NCBI GenBank assembly: GCA_900767465.1
Contig: CAAGAW010000009.1
Coordinates: 67,537-131,536, forward strand
DNA length: 64,000 nucleotides
Source: Clostridia bacterium
GTDB lineage: Bacteria > Bacillota > Clostridia > Christensenellales > Pumilibacteraceae
Direction: 5' to 3'
Shown piece by piece: positions 1 to 10,804 of the stretch. Under the pieces are notes generated by a model. The model was not told where the DNA came from and ran no database searches. It worked only from the letters and a program-made list of their open reading frames with translations. Every line of letters begins with the position of its first letter. Position 1 is the stretch's first letter. Made by a program: the position numbers and the translations under genes.

Positions 1-1732
1 TATCCTTACCGACGGCAGCGGTACGACTGTTGACGGTACGGCGAACGGAAACGTACACACTTATTCTTTGCCGATAGGCGCTTATACCTATACGCTTACT
101 ACCGACGACGACAGATACGTAATACCCGTGGCGAGCGGCATCTTTACAATCGAATATATGTTGGACGTAAAGGTGCAAACGGTAAATCAGAACTCTTCGT
201 CTAAGGGAAGTGCAACCGTTACGGCGACTTTCGACGGCGAAGTGTCCGAATTTACTCTTGAAGTCAAAAACAGCGCGGACGAAACGATGCCCGTAACTCT
301 CGACGATAAAACGTTTACGGTCGGTAATCTTAAAGCGGGCTCTTATACCTATACTCTTACCGTAGGCTATATAGTAAAGACGGGCAATATAAATATAGGT
401 TACGACGTAGCCGAGTATATGTTATTCGACCCGAACAAGCCGGATTCCGTCGGTCAGTGGACTCCCAATAAAGTTACGTTAACGCAAGTAGATGCAACCG
501 ATACGGAAAGGGCGTACCTGAACGTAACGGGGTCGGGCTGGACGTCGGCGCAATTATCGACTTTTTGCCGTAACGATTACGTTTATGACGAGACCGACGT
601 GGTTTCTATGTGGTTGTATCTCGACACGACGGACGACGCCGAAGTAAAAATCGGTATTTTCAATTCTCTCGATTACAGACAATTTTTCCGATCGAACCAA
701 TGGTATGAAGTGATTATCCCGGCAAACGTATTCTTCGAGCGCATAAAGAACGGTGCATTGCTGCCCGAAAAATTCAAGGATGCGAAATCGGCAATGCACG
801 CAAACTTGCAAAACATCCGTGTAGGTGAGATTTCTGTTAAAAAGCAAGCCGTTATTGTAGACAGCTCGGCGCTGTATACGCTTTCGGACGACGAAACCGA
901 ACGCGACGTTACAATAAACGTAACGAATAACTTTGCAACCGTAACGCATACGTTTACGTTAAAAGACGCAAGCGGCGCAACCGTTCAGCCCGTTTCTTCG
1001 CAAACAACGGGCAACGTTACGGCTTATACGTATCGCTTGCAAAAGGGCGCGTATACTTATACCGTTTCCGCTGAGGATTCGGCGCAAGGCGAACAACGTT
1101 ACGTTTTGGGCTTCTTCGAAAAATTCAGATATTTAGACAGCAAATGGTATGTGGCAACAAGGTTTGCGTCGGAAATCACCGAATCCGTGCAGGTCGGAAA
1201 CGAGTATATTCTTGTTTCCGCCGAAGAAAGCAATTACGAAGTGCAGAACGGCGGCAAACTGTCTTCGGGCACGGAAACTTCTTCGGGTTCGGCTTATACG
1301 GGGAATTACGTAAAAGTCGAAAAGAACGCAGGCGGAAAAAGATGGCCTAACCCGAAATTCAAGACAGCTTTACCGCTTTACAATGCTTACGCCGAGTTCG
1401 ATTATATTGTAATCTGGGTGTACGAAGAATCCGATACGGCAGATTCGACTACAAATCAGGCGTTTTTCAATAAGGTTTCTGTGGTTGATGGGTATAATAC
1501 CAAACCTAAACTCAAAAACAACGTTTGGCATAAGATAACTTTTTCCGTATCGTTCCTTTTGGACAATGCGTTGCCTGAGGCTAATAATTCGTTTGCCGCA
1601 ACGATGTTGTTTATGAACTTCGACCCTGTATTGCCCGACGGCACGGTTACAAATGCCGCTGACTTCCCGGCTACAAAAGCCGTTCGCATAGGCAATATAT
1701 ACTTGGAAAAAGCGGCGGATGCCAACATATAA
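1..1732 (+). CDS. cell-surface repeat protein, C-terminal portion (5' end lies outside the window)
   Basis: The reading frame is open from position 2 with no stop before 1732. The listed TTG at 68 is internal. Repeated G(A/S)YTYTLT-type motifs suggest tandem beta-sandwich repeats. Confidence 0.6.
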   Translation, partial: ILTDGSGTTVDGTANGNVHTYSLPIGAYTYTLTTDDDRYVIPVASGIFTIEYMLDVKVQTVNQNSSSKGSATVTATFDGEVSEFTLEVKNSADETMPVTLDDKTFTVGNLKAGSYTYTLTVGYIVKTGNINIGYDVAEYMLFDPNKPDSVGQWTPNKVTLTQVDATDTERAYLNVTGSGWTSAQLSTFCRNDYVYDETDVVSMWLYLDTTDDAEVKIGIFNSLDYRQFFRSNQWYEVIIPANVFFERIKNGALLPEKFKDAKSAMHANLQNIRVGEISVKKQAVIVDSSALYTLSDDETERDVTINVTNNFATVTHTFTLKDASGATVQPVSSQTTGNVTAYTYRLQKGAYTYTVSAEDSAQGEQRYVLGFFEKFRYLDSKWYVATRFASEITESVQVGNEYILVSAEESNYEVQNGGKLSSGTETSSGSAYTGNYVKVEKNAGGKRWPNPKFKTALPLYNAYAEFDYIVIWVYEESDTADSTTNQAFFNKVSVVDGYNTKPKLKNNVWHKITFSVSFLLDNALPEANNSFAATMLFMNFDPVLPDGTVTNAADFPATKAVRIGNIYLEKAADANI

Positions 1733-1927
1733 AAATTATAAAAAAGATTTTTATGAAAAATTTTCGGTGTTTTATGTGCGGCTTTGGCGGTAGGACTTGC
1801 GTTTTCGGTTGCGCCGCATACTGCCGTACGTACGGCGGACGCCGTGTCTATGAAAGCAGAGGAAAGCGCGACTGTTGCGCAAACGATAGCCGATTGTAAC
1901 GTTGCTACCACCTAAATAATTGATGTA

Positions 1928-1958
1928 AAATGTGGACGAAAATTTATCGTCCACATTT
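1928..1958 (+). terminator. perfect 12-bp stem hairpin (aaatgtggacga / tcgtccacattt) with T-run; terminator for the upstream + gene
   Basis: Inverted repeat read directly from the sequence. Sits in a convergent intergenic region. Confidence 0.5.
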
Positions 1959-2067
1959 TGCTGTGCTGATAAAATAGAATCGTAATAAACTCCCGTCCAC
2001 ATTCTTAAAAAGTGTGGACGAGATGTGCACGAGAAGGGGTTTACAACCCCATAGTTGTCATTTATAA

Positions 2068-2105
2068 GAAAAAGAGTTCCCGTATTTAGTTCGGAAACTC
2101 TTTTA
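2068..2105 (-). terminator. hairpin (aaagagttcccg...cggaaactcttt) with flanking T-run on the minus strand; terminator of the GGGtGRT gene
   Basis: Inverted repeat immediately downstream of the minus-strand stop at 2130. Confidence 0.5.
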
Positions 2106-2129
2106 ATTTACTATTATATATTGCGGTTT

Positions 2130-3134
2130 TTACTTATTCATGGCTTCCTGAACCGCAACCGCGCAAGCGACGGACGCGCCTACCATGGGGTTGTTGCCCA
2201 TACCGATAAGTCCCATCATTTCTACGTGAGCGGGAACGGACGACGAACCCGCAAACTGCGCGTCGGAGTGCATTCTGCCCATCGTATCGGTCATGCCGTA
2301 CGAAGCGGGACCCGCAGCCATGTTGTCGGGGTGGAGCGTTCTGCCCGTGCCGCCGCCGGAAGCGACGGAGAAGTACTTCTTGCCGTTATCGACGCACCAT
2401 TTTTTGTACGTTCCGGCAACAGGGTGCTGGAAGCGGGTGGGGTTGGTGGAGTTTCCGGTAATGGAAACGTCAACGCTTTCGTGCTGCATAATCGCAACGC
2501 CCTCGCGAACGTCGTCCGCGCCGTAGCAACGGACTTTGGCGCGCTCGCCGTCCGAGTATGCGATCGTCTGAACGACGTTGAGTTTGCCGGTGAAGTAGTC
2601 GTACTTCGTCTGAACGTAAGTAAAGCCGTTGATTCTCGAAATGATCATCGCGGCGTCCTTTCCGAGACCGTTCAGAATAACCTGAAGAGGTTGCTGACGA
2701 ACCTTGTTTGCGGTTTTTGCGATGCCGATCGCGCCTTCCGCGGCGGCGAAGGATTCGTGACCCGCAAGGAAGCAGAAGCATTTGGTGCTTTCGCTCAGCA
2801 GCATAGCGGCAAGGTTGCCGTGACCCTGACCGACTTCGCGCTGTTCGGCAACCGAACCGGGAACGCAGAACGCCTGTAAGCCTTCGCCGATAGCGACGGC
2901 GGCGTCGGTTGCTTTGGTGCAGCCTTTGGCGATGGCGACCGCGCAGCCGAGGGTGTAAGCCCAGCTTGCGTTATCGAAAGCGATGTTCTGGGTGCCTTTT
3001 ACGATTTTGTCGGGATCGAATCCCTTGTCGAGGCACATCTTGCGCGCCTCTTCGAGGTCTTTGATACCGTACTTGGCAAGGCACGCGTTGATTTTGTCTA
3101 TTCTTTTTTCATATCCTTCAAAAGTTACGCTCAT
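2130..3134 (-). CDS. GGGtGRT-family protein (conserved, uncharacterized)
   Basis: 334-aa ORF containing the literal GGGTGRT motif and Gly/Ala-rich conserved blocks. Recognised from memory of the family signature. Confidence 0.7.
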   Translation of the reverse strand: MSVTFEGYEKRIDKINACLAKYGIKDLEEARKMCLDKGFDPDKIVKGTQNIAFDNASWAYTLGCAVAIAKGCTKATDAAVAIGEGLQAFCVPGSVAEQREVGQGHGNLAAMLLSESTKCFCFLAGHESFAAAEGAIGIAKTANKVRQQPLQVILNGLGKDAAMIISRINGFTYVQTKYDYFTGKLNVVQTIAYSDGERAKVRCYGADDVREGVAIMQHESVDVSITGNSTNPTRFQHPVAGTYKKWCVDNGKKYFSVASGGGTGRTLHPDNMAAGPASYGMTDTMGRMHSDAQFAGSSSVPAHVEMMGLIGMGNNPMVGASVACAVAVQEAMNK

Positions 3135-3145
3135 AATCGTTCTCC

Positions 3146-3838
3146 TTATTTCGTACGCGGGTCGATGTAACTTGCCGCGCCCTCGAATCTGCCGTAGTGA
3201 CCGGTAGCCTCTTTAAGAGCCTGATCCGCGCTCATACCGCCGCGGATTTTATCCATCATCACGCCCATTTTGATGAACTCGTAACCGATAATAAGGTTGT
3301 CCTTATCGAGGGCGAGTTTGGTGATATAACCTTCCGCCATTTCGAGGTAACGGACGCCCTTCGCTTCGGTGGAGTAGATGGTGCCAACCTGGCTGCGATG
3401 ACCTTTGCCGAGATCCTCCATGCCCGCGCCGATTTCGAGACCGTCTTCGGAGAAAGCGGACTGAGTTCTGCCGTAAACGATTTGCAGGAACAACTCGCGC
3501 ATAGCGGTGTTGATCGCGTCGCAAACGAGGTCGGTGTTAAGCGCTTCGAGAATAGTCTTGCCGGGGAGAATTTCGCCCGCCATAGCCGCCGAATGAGTCA
3601 TACCCGAGCAACCGATCGTCTCGACCAGAGCCTCGCGGATAACGCCTTCCTTGACGTTAAGGGTAAGTTTGCACGCGCCTTGCTGAGGAGCGCACCAGCC
3701 AACGCCGTGCGTAAGGCCGCTGATGTCTTTGATCTCGCGCGCCTGAACCCACTTACCTTCTTCGGGAATGGGGGCAGGACCGTGGTTAGGTCCTTTGCGG
3801 ACGCAAACCATTTCTTCTACTTCTTTGGAAAAATGCAT
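3146..3838 (-). CDS. NifU/IscU-like Fe-S scaffold domain protein, partner of the GGGtGRT protein
   Basis: Cys motifs CAPQQGAC, GCSGMTHSAAMAGE and LVCDAI resemble the NifU N-terminal domain. 11-bp gap to the downstream gene on the same strand. Confidence 0.55.
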   Translation of the reverse strand: MHFSKEVEEMVCVRKGPNHGPAPIPEEGKWVQAREIKDISGLTHGVGWCAPQQGACKLTLNVKEGVIREALVETIGCSGMTHSAAMAGEILPGKTILEALNTDLVCDAINTAMRELFLQIVYGRTQSAFSEDGLEIGAGMEDLGKGHRSQVGTIYSTEAKGVRYLEMAEGYITKLALDKDNLIIGYEFIKMGVMMDKIRGGMSADQALKEATGHYGRFEGAASYIDPRTK

Positions 3839-3995
3839 AATGTCCTCCTGAATCGGATTTTGTCTACCGCGTAGTATTATAACATAATCTGCGTAAATTC
3901 ACAACTGTTTTTAACCTTTTTTCTTGTTTAAGAAGTTGATTTTTTTTCGATTACGTTATATAATATAGGTGAAAGCCAAATCAAGGAGGTTTTTT

Positions 3996-5015
3996 ATGGA
4001 CAAAAGAGTACTTATCACCGGCGGCGCGGGATATATTGCCTCGCATACCGAAGTCGAACTTCTCAATCGCGGATACGAAGTAATCGCGTTCGACAATATG
4101 ATAAACTCGTGCGACGAGAGTATCAGACGGGTAGAGAAGATCACCGGCAAGAAGATAAAGTTCTACAACGCGGATATGCGCGACCGCGCGGCTATGGAAA
4201 AAATCTTTTCCGAAAACGAAATCGACAGCGTGATTCACTTCGCCGGACTCAAGGCGGTAGGCGAAAGTTGCTCGAAACCGCTCGAGTATTACGACAACAA
4301 TATTTACGGAACGCTCGTTCTTCTCGAAGTAATGCGCGAGCATAATGTCAAAAAGCTCGTGTTCTCGTCGTCGGCTACCGTTTACGGCACGCCCGAAAGA
4401 TTGCCGCTCGACGAAGAGTGTCACCTTTCCACCACCAACCCGTACGGCACGACCAAACTTATGATCGAGCGTATCTTAAAGGATCTTTATGCTGCGGATA
4501 ACACGTGGGATATCGTCCTCCTTCGTTACTTCAACCCGGTAGGCGCGCACGAAAGCGGACTTATCGGCGAGGATCCGAAAGGAATCCCCAACAACCTTAC
4601 CCCGTACATCGCGCGCGTTGCCGACGGCAAACTTCCGTGCGTAAACGTATTCGGAAACGACTACGATACCCCCGACGGAACGGGCGTACGCGACTATATC
4701 CACGTAGTCGACCTTGCGATCGGACATATCAAAGCGATCGAAAAAATGAACGACCCCGGCGTGCATATCTTCAACCTCGGCACGGGTAAAGGTTATTCCG
4801 TTCTCGACGTAATCCACGCGTTCGAGAAGGCGTGCGGTCACGAAATCCCGTACAAAATCTGTCCCCGCCGCCCCGGCGACATCGCCGCTTGTTACGCCAA
4901 CGCCGACAAGGCAAAACGCGAACTCGGTTGGGTTGCCGAACGCGGCATCGACGAAATGTGCGCGTCGCTGTGGAAGTGGCAAACTCAGAACCCGAACGGT
5001 TACGACAAGAAATAA
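3996..5015 (+). CDS. galE: UDP-glucose 4-epimerase
   Basis: [13 protein letters not shown] Rossmann motif, YGTTK catalytic motif and full-length GalE-like sequence. AGGAGG RBS upstream of the ATG at 3996; the ORF-track start at 3969 is probably too early. Confidence 0.9.
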   Translation: MDKRVLITGGAGYIASHTEVELLNRGYEVIAFDNMINSCDESIRRVEKITGKKIKFYNADMRDRAAMEKIFSENEIDSVIHFAGLKAVGESCSKPLEYYDNNIYGTLVLLEVMREHNVKKLVFSSSATVYGTPERLPLDEECHLSTTNPYGTTKLMIERILKDLYAADNTWDIVLLRYFNPVGAHESGLIGEDPKGIPNNLTPYIARVADGKLPCVNVFGNDYDTPDGTGVRDYIHVVDLAIGHIKAIEKMNDPGVHIFNLGTGKGYSVLDVIHAFEKACGHEIPYKICPRRPGDIAACYANADKAKRELGWVAERGIDEMCASLWKWQTQNPNGYDKK

Positions 5016-5027
5016 ATCAACGTTTAT

Positions 5028-5061
5028 AAACGCGTTCCGAGGTAAAACGGAGCGCGTTTTT
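5028..5061 (+). terminator. rho-independent terminator after galE; a second hairpin follows at 5095-5118
   Basis: aacgcgttccg...cggagcgcgtt stem plus TTTTT, then the acgcatatacgtatgtgcgt palindrome plus TTTTT. Confidence 0.6.
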
Positions 5062-5421
5062 CTATGTCGCCGAAGCACCTTAGCGTAATAAAAACGCATA
5101 TACGTATGTGCGTTTTTGTAACATTAGCGCGAAGAGACGCGCAACATAAAGCAAGGGAATGCGGGCGTCTCGCATACGGATATAATACGTTTACCGCGGG
5201 GGATTTCTCCGCTGCGTTCGGACTATCGTCCTCACTCCGGTCGAAATGACATTATAAAAACAATCGGACCCGAATACCCCAAAACAATCGCCAGCGCCGG
5301 CTCACCGCAGGGCAGCTACAAATTACGCGAAAAAACCTTATCGAGCCACCCGAAAAACTTTGACAAGCCATCGGCGGTTATGATAGAATGTAAAGAAAAA
5401 CAACATACGGGGTAAAAGACG

Positions 5422-6348
5422 ATGGAACTTACCGACGTTAAAATAAACGGCTGCGGATACGAGGCAGAGTTTTCTTCGAGGCTCGGCGCGACCTGTTACC
5501 GCCTTACGTACGAGCCGCTCGGCTGCGACGTACTGCGCACGCCGACTTCGGAAGCCGACCTTAAAATAAATCCGTATCTTTACGGCAATCCGATCCTTTT
5601 TCCGTGCAACCGTATAAGCGGCGGAAAGTTCACGTTCGACGGCAGAGAATACCGTTTTCCGATCAACGAGCCGAAAACGAATTGCCATATTCACGGCGCG
5701 CTGTACTCGCTGCCGTTTAAGATAATATATCTCGCCGCCGATAAAGCGACTTTCCGATATGAAGCGGCAAATGGCGAATACCTCGGCTTTCCGCACGCTT
5801 TTGCGGTCGAGCGCGAATATACCGCGAACAAACGCGGGCTCACCGAAAAAACGACTTTCGTTAACCTGTCGTCCGAAAAAATGCCGCTCACACTCGCGTT
5901 CCACACCACGTTCAACGCGCCTTTTTCGGGCAAATGTAAATGTTACGCGACCGTGCCCGCCGTTTCCGAACAACTCCGCAACGAAAATTTCCTTCCGACC
6001 GGCGAATGGAGTTCCGGCGAGCGGGAGGAGCGAATGCGCCGCGGCGAGTACGAAGTCGGCAAAATCCACCTTTCCGCGCTGTATAAAATCGACAAACCCG
6101 ATTGCTTTCTCGCAACCGACGGCGCGATTTTAAAATACTCCGCCTCGCCCGAGTACGGCTACCGCATGACTTACGCCGAAAGCGGCGGCGGATTTATGGT
6201 TATCGAACCGCAAACCTCGGCGATCGATTGCTTTCACCTGCCCGAACCGCCCGAAAAGCACGGGCTTATCGCGATAAACCCGGGGGAAAGCGTAACTTTT
6301 TCCTCTTCGATAAGCGTCCGTAAAAAAGAAGTTCTGCGCACCGACTGA
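5422..6348 (+). CDS. aldose 1-epimerase family protein (LacX-like)
   Basis: YGNPILFPCNRI and HIHGALY motifs typical of the galactose mutarotase-like fold. Confidence 0.75.
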   Translation: MELTDVKINGCGYEAEFSSRLGATCYRLTYEPLGCDVLRTPTSEADLKINPYLYGNPILFPCNRISGGKFTFDGREYRFPINEPKTNCHIHGALYSLPFKIIYLAADKATFRYEAANGEYLGFPHAFAVEREYTANKRGLTEKTTFVNLSSEKMPLTLAFHTTFNAPFSGKCKCYATVPAVSEQLRNENFLPTGEWSSGEREERMRRGEYEVGKIHLSALYKIDKPDCFLATDGAILKYSASPEYGYRMTYAESGGGFMVIEPQTSAIDCFHLPEPPEKHGLIAINPGESVTFSSSISVRKKEVLRTD

Positions 6349-6403
6349 AAACGTGCGCCCGTCCGAACCCGAAAAAGGTTTAATTATTTTGCAAGATCCG
6401 TAA

Positions 6404-6433
6404 AAAATTTTGGCTTGAAACAGCCCTCGTTTC
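6404..6433 (+). promoter_or_regulatory. sigma-A-like promoter (TTGAAA-17-TACAAT) for the large surface protein gene
   Basis: Hexamers read from the sequence. A GGAGG RBS lies 9 nt before the ATG at 6515. Confidence 0.4.
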
Positions 6434-6514
6434 GTGATACAATAAGCGTGATAAAGGGGCGGATCGCAACCGATTTGCCGCGACGAATCTGCAAAATGAC
6501 GGAGGTTAAGGAAA

Positions 6515-9500
6515 ATGAAAAGAGGGAAACGGTGGACTTTGGCTCTTATATTGTGCCTTGTAGTCGCTACTATCGGTGCGGCTGCTGCGGGGTGCGGAAA
6601 AGCCAAAACTTACGTAATCAACTTTAATTCTATGGGGGGGGGGAACGGTTGCCGCGGCGGAATACACCGCAGGTGACACAAAATTCTACTTTCCCACGCC
6701 CGCGCAAGGCGATAAGTACGGATTCAGGTTCCTCGGCTGGTATTACGACGAGGCGTGTTCGGACGGTAAAGCCGCAGACGCCAAGAATATCGACGTAAGT
6801 TACGCAACCGACGGAACGATTACTCTTTACGCCAAGTGGTCGGATTTGTACAACATAAATTTCGAAACCTCTTCGGACGATTATTTCTCAAAAAAGGAAT
6901 ATCACTTCGGAGATAAGGTAAAACTTTCCGATCTGCCCGTTCCGAAGAATATGGAACGCGGCGGCGTTTCCGCGCCCTTCAAGTACTGGAAAAACGAAGC
7001 CGAGGACGTTGCGGTAACCAAGGACTTCAACATGCCGCCCAACGACGTGTACCTCAAAGCGGTTTACGATACCGGAATGAGCAATCAGTTCGATCTCGAC
7101 GACGACGGATTCGTAAGCAACCTCGGCATGGGCAAAAAGGCGTTCAGCGACGTTCGCGGCGCGTACGACGAAGAAACGGGTACGTACGCAAGCGCGGAAC
7201 TTACCGACGGCAAGGCGATGTCGTTTGACTTTACGATGACGTTCGGCGAATACGGACAGGACGCGGGCGCCGTTTTCGCGGCTAACTCGTACACCAACGG
7301 CACGTTCGATTCCCCGATGTTCTTCTATATCACCAGTACCGCTGCAAACGCGGCTAACTTCGGGTCTATTCAGATCTGGGGACCGACCGTGAAAGGCGAA
7401 GGCGAAGAAGCGGTCGTAACCGCCGACAGAGAACTCAAAATGCTGCGTATTTCCGACGCGGTTTTCGAGGGTTCGGAATATCTTGCCAAGATAAACGCGT
7501 GCCGCGAGTCGGGCGAACCCGCAACGTTTACGTACACCGTCCGCAGATGCGGCGATACGTGGATTATCGGCGTTGACGGAGTAGAGTACGTTTCGATCAA
7601 AGCGGGCGACGATGCGAAATCGGGCGGCAAAGTCGCTGCGGTAAACGCGGGCTACTGTGGAATAGTAACCAAAACCGATCAGGTTCATTATAAGAATATC
7701 GGACTCGTAGACGCGGACAAAGCGGAAATAACTTTCGACGCGGGCGAGGGCGCAACGATAACCGAAACCGAGCGCAAAATCGCTTGGGGAGAGGCTGTGG
7801 GAACGCTTCCCGTACCCACCCGCGAAGGACTTACTTTCCTCGGCTGGTTCTATTACGACGGCGCAACCTTAAAAACGCTTACCGATACGACGACGTTTAC
7901 TTCGGACGCGTGGAGAATTTCCGCGTTCGCCGAATGGGACGATCCGACGGCTCAGCATTATAACATAGTGTTCGACGGCGGCGAGGGCGGCTACACCCAC
8001 GCGGAGATCGAAAACTGGTACGAGGGCAAGCATATTACGCTTCCGAAACCCGAACGCCACCTTTTCCATACGTACGACGGCGCGTGGTACTACGACGCGG
8101 AATGTACTCAACCGGTTGACGAGAGAAACATAAGCGCGGCAACCGCCACGGGCGAGGGAGCGATTAAAACGCTCACCTTTTACGGAAAAGCGACCTACTC
8201 GAAATTCAGCAGCGGCGAGTGGAGCGAGGACGAAAACGGAAACATCACCGGCAGCGGCGAAACTTTCGTGGACGGAACCGCACTCGTCGTCGGCAAAACC
8301 TTCTCGGCGGATATCACGCTTCCCGCGTACGGAACAACTTACGGCAATACTTACTTGTATATAGGCTCGTCCGACGTAAAAGTCGCGCAGTATCGGGTAA
8401 TTATTCTCGGCACCAACGGCACCAACGTCAAGAAAAATACCAACGGTGCGATCCAACTTTACGAATACACCGACGGCAGTTACAAATTCCTCGGAGAGGC
8501 GTTCTCGACCCGTTACTATCTCGGAGCGCTTGCTGGCACGACGTATAATACCGGTTACGAGGCGTACAAGACGAGCGGCGAGCCGTTTACCTTCACCGTA
8601 AGCGTTGCCGCGGCGGCAGACAAAACGTACTTCTTCGTCAACGGAAACCTTCTTTATACCGTAAACAAAACCGTTGCCGGCAAGTATTCGGGCGTCGGCG
8701 TAGCAACCGCAAACACTTCCGCGTTCTCAGGTCTCAAAGCAGAGGACAGCAAAGCGGTTATCACGTTCAACGCGGACGGCGGCATTCTCACCGGCGACGC
8801 GACCCGCACCGTTGCCGCAGGCTCGGCGCTCGGTACGCTTCCCGAAGTGACGAAAGCAGGTTCCCGATTCCTCGGCTGGTTCGACGGCAACACCGCAGTC
8901 ACCGACGAAACCGTTATCGGCGCGGACGTTATGAACAAAACGATCGTTGCGAAGTGGGCGGAGCAGGTTACCGTTACGCTTAACGTAAACGGCGGCGACG
9001 CAATCGAAAAAACCGAATACGTAATCGATAAGGGCGCAACTCTCGGCGAGTCGCTTCCCGTTCCGACCCGCGCGGGCTATACTTTCCTCGGCTGGTATAA
9101 CGGCGATACGAAAGCGGACGACGATACGACCTATTCCGAAAGCGCAACTCTTACCGCTAAGTGGGAACAGAAAGTAACCGTCACCTTCGATCCGAAAGAA
9201 GGAGAGGTAACGGAAACTACCCGCCTTATCGATAAGGGCGCGGCAATCGGCGAACTTCCCGTACCGACGCGCTCCGAATACGCATTCCTCGGCTGGTTCG
9301 ACGGCGATACGCGGGTTACTACCGAATCGACCTTTACCGCAAACGTGACTCTTATAGCAAAGTGGGAATCCGCTCCGACTCATACGATCATCACAGTTAA
9401 ATACGACGACGGCGTAACGCCGGACGGAACTATCGACCTTAACGTCGGCACCGCTATCGGCTCGCAACTTCCCACACCCACTCGCGACGGCTACCGTCTC

Positions 9501-10760
9501 GACGGCTGGAAAGACAACGGCGGCAACGTCGTAACGGAGGAAACCACTTTCTCGACCTCTACCGCAACCATCACCGCTCAGTGGGTGGAAGTGGTAACCG
9601 TAACGCTCGACGCGAAAGGCGGCAGCGGAGTTACCGCGACTGCGTTTACGGTAGATAAGGGTACGGCTATCGGCTCGAATCTTCCTTCGTCCGTAACCGC
9701 GCCTCTCAACGGCGACGTGTTTATCGGCTGGTTCGACGGCGACAAGCAAGCCACCGCCGAAACCGTGGTATCCGAAAACTTAACCCTTACCGCGCATTAC
9801 GGCTGGGACGGCGCGACCGTTTCCGAATCGCTTAGCGGCGAAGGAACGACCGAAAAACCGTTCCTTATCGGCAGCGGAGCCGATCTTAAACTTCTTTCCT
9901 CTTCGTACGGCAGCGAAACGTATAAAGGTAAGGTTTTTGCACTCAACGCAAACATAAACCTCAACGACAAGGCGTGGACGCCTATCGGAACGACTGCATC
10001 GTTGTTTACCGGAACGTTCGACGGAAAATCGTTTGCGATTACCGGAATGAAAGTTGAGGGCGCAAGTTACCTCGGCTTGTTCGGTGTGATTAAGGCAACG
10101 GTAAAAGATCTTACTGTCGACGGCGAAGTAACCGGCACAGCCGGTGTAAACGGAATCCTTGCCGGACAGATTCAGGGCGGAAGCACGATATCCGGCGTAA
10201 CGACGAAAGGATCGGTTACCGGCGGAGGATCGGACGTAGGCGGAATCGCGGGAGATATTAAACTCGGTACCGGCAACGTTACGGTTTCGGATTGTGTCAA
10301 CTACGCAACGATTACATGTAACGCGTCGGCAACAGTTGCGCTTGCCGGAGGAATCACCGGCGGAACCGACAACATTGCGGTTATTATCAGAAATTGCGTA
10401 AACTACGGCAAAGTAACCTCGAAAAACAACTTCGTCGGCGGAATTGCAGGACTGTTCCGTAAACACGCCGATTCGCTTATCGAAAATTGCAAAAACTTCG
10501 GAAATATCACCGGTAAAACCGGAACGGGCGGTATCGCCGGCGGTAACAGGGCTCTTGTAAAGACGAGTTATTGCTACGGAGACGCTCTTCTCAACAATAA
10601 GGCGGCAAGCACGTACAATCTTGTCGGCAACACGACGCAAACACCGACAACCGGAGCGATTCCCACCGGCAGTATTATCGGACAAATGGACGATAAAAAC
10701 GGCGGAACAATCGACGAATCCTCCTGCGGACTTTGCGATGCGGAAGGCAACGCAATCTGA
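6515..10760 (+). CDS. large surface lipoprotein with about 10 Flg_new (Listeria-Bacteroides) repeats and a C-terminal GLUG-motif region; frameshifted in a G10 tract, so the signal peptide is out of frame with the body
   Basis: The ATG at 6515 has RBS and promoter and encodes MKRGKRWTLALILCLVVATIGAAAAGCGK, a signal peptide with a lipobox-like AAGC, then stops at 6676. The 1304-aa ORF in the -1 frame remains open upstream to 6618 and encodes in-frame Flg_new repeat sequence (FLGWYYDE...TLYAKW) before its first ATG. Nine G instead of ten would fuse the two parts. Repeats of the G..LP.PTR.GY.FLGWFDG...AKW type and GGIAG GLUG-like repeats were read from the translation. Confidence 0.6.
6634..6643 (+). 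repeat. homopolymeric G10 tract at the frameshift site (candidate slipped-strand phase-variation switch, or homopolymer sequencing error)
   Basis: Ten consecutive G at 6634-6643. Confidence 0.8.
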
Positions 10761-10804
10761 GCGCAAAAACTTCAATCGCCTGACAATTCATTACGGAGAA
10801 AAGA

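Noticed and set aside
2055-2879. 274-aa + strand ORF, plus the 19651-20640 (-), 22557-24005 (-), 27973-29460 (-), 8727-9749 (-), 9780-10775 (-), 3197-3874 (+) and 4476-5099 (-) ORFs
   Set aside because: All are antisense shadows of strongly supported genes (GGGtGRT, esterase, DUF5107 protein, lepA, surface protein, NifU-like, galE). They are Arg/Gly/Ala-rich and low-complexity with no start context.
6415-6627. 70-aa ORF overlapping the signal-peptide region of the surface protein
   Set aside because: It is in a different frame over the better-supported RBS-equipped signal-peptide ORF starting at 6515, so it is most likely spurious.
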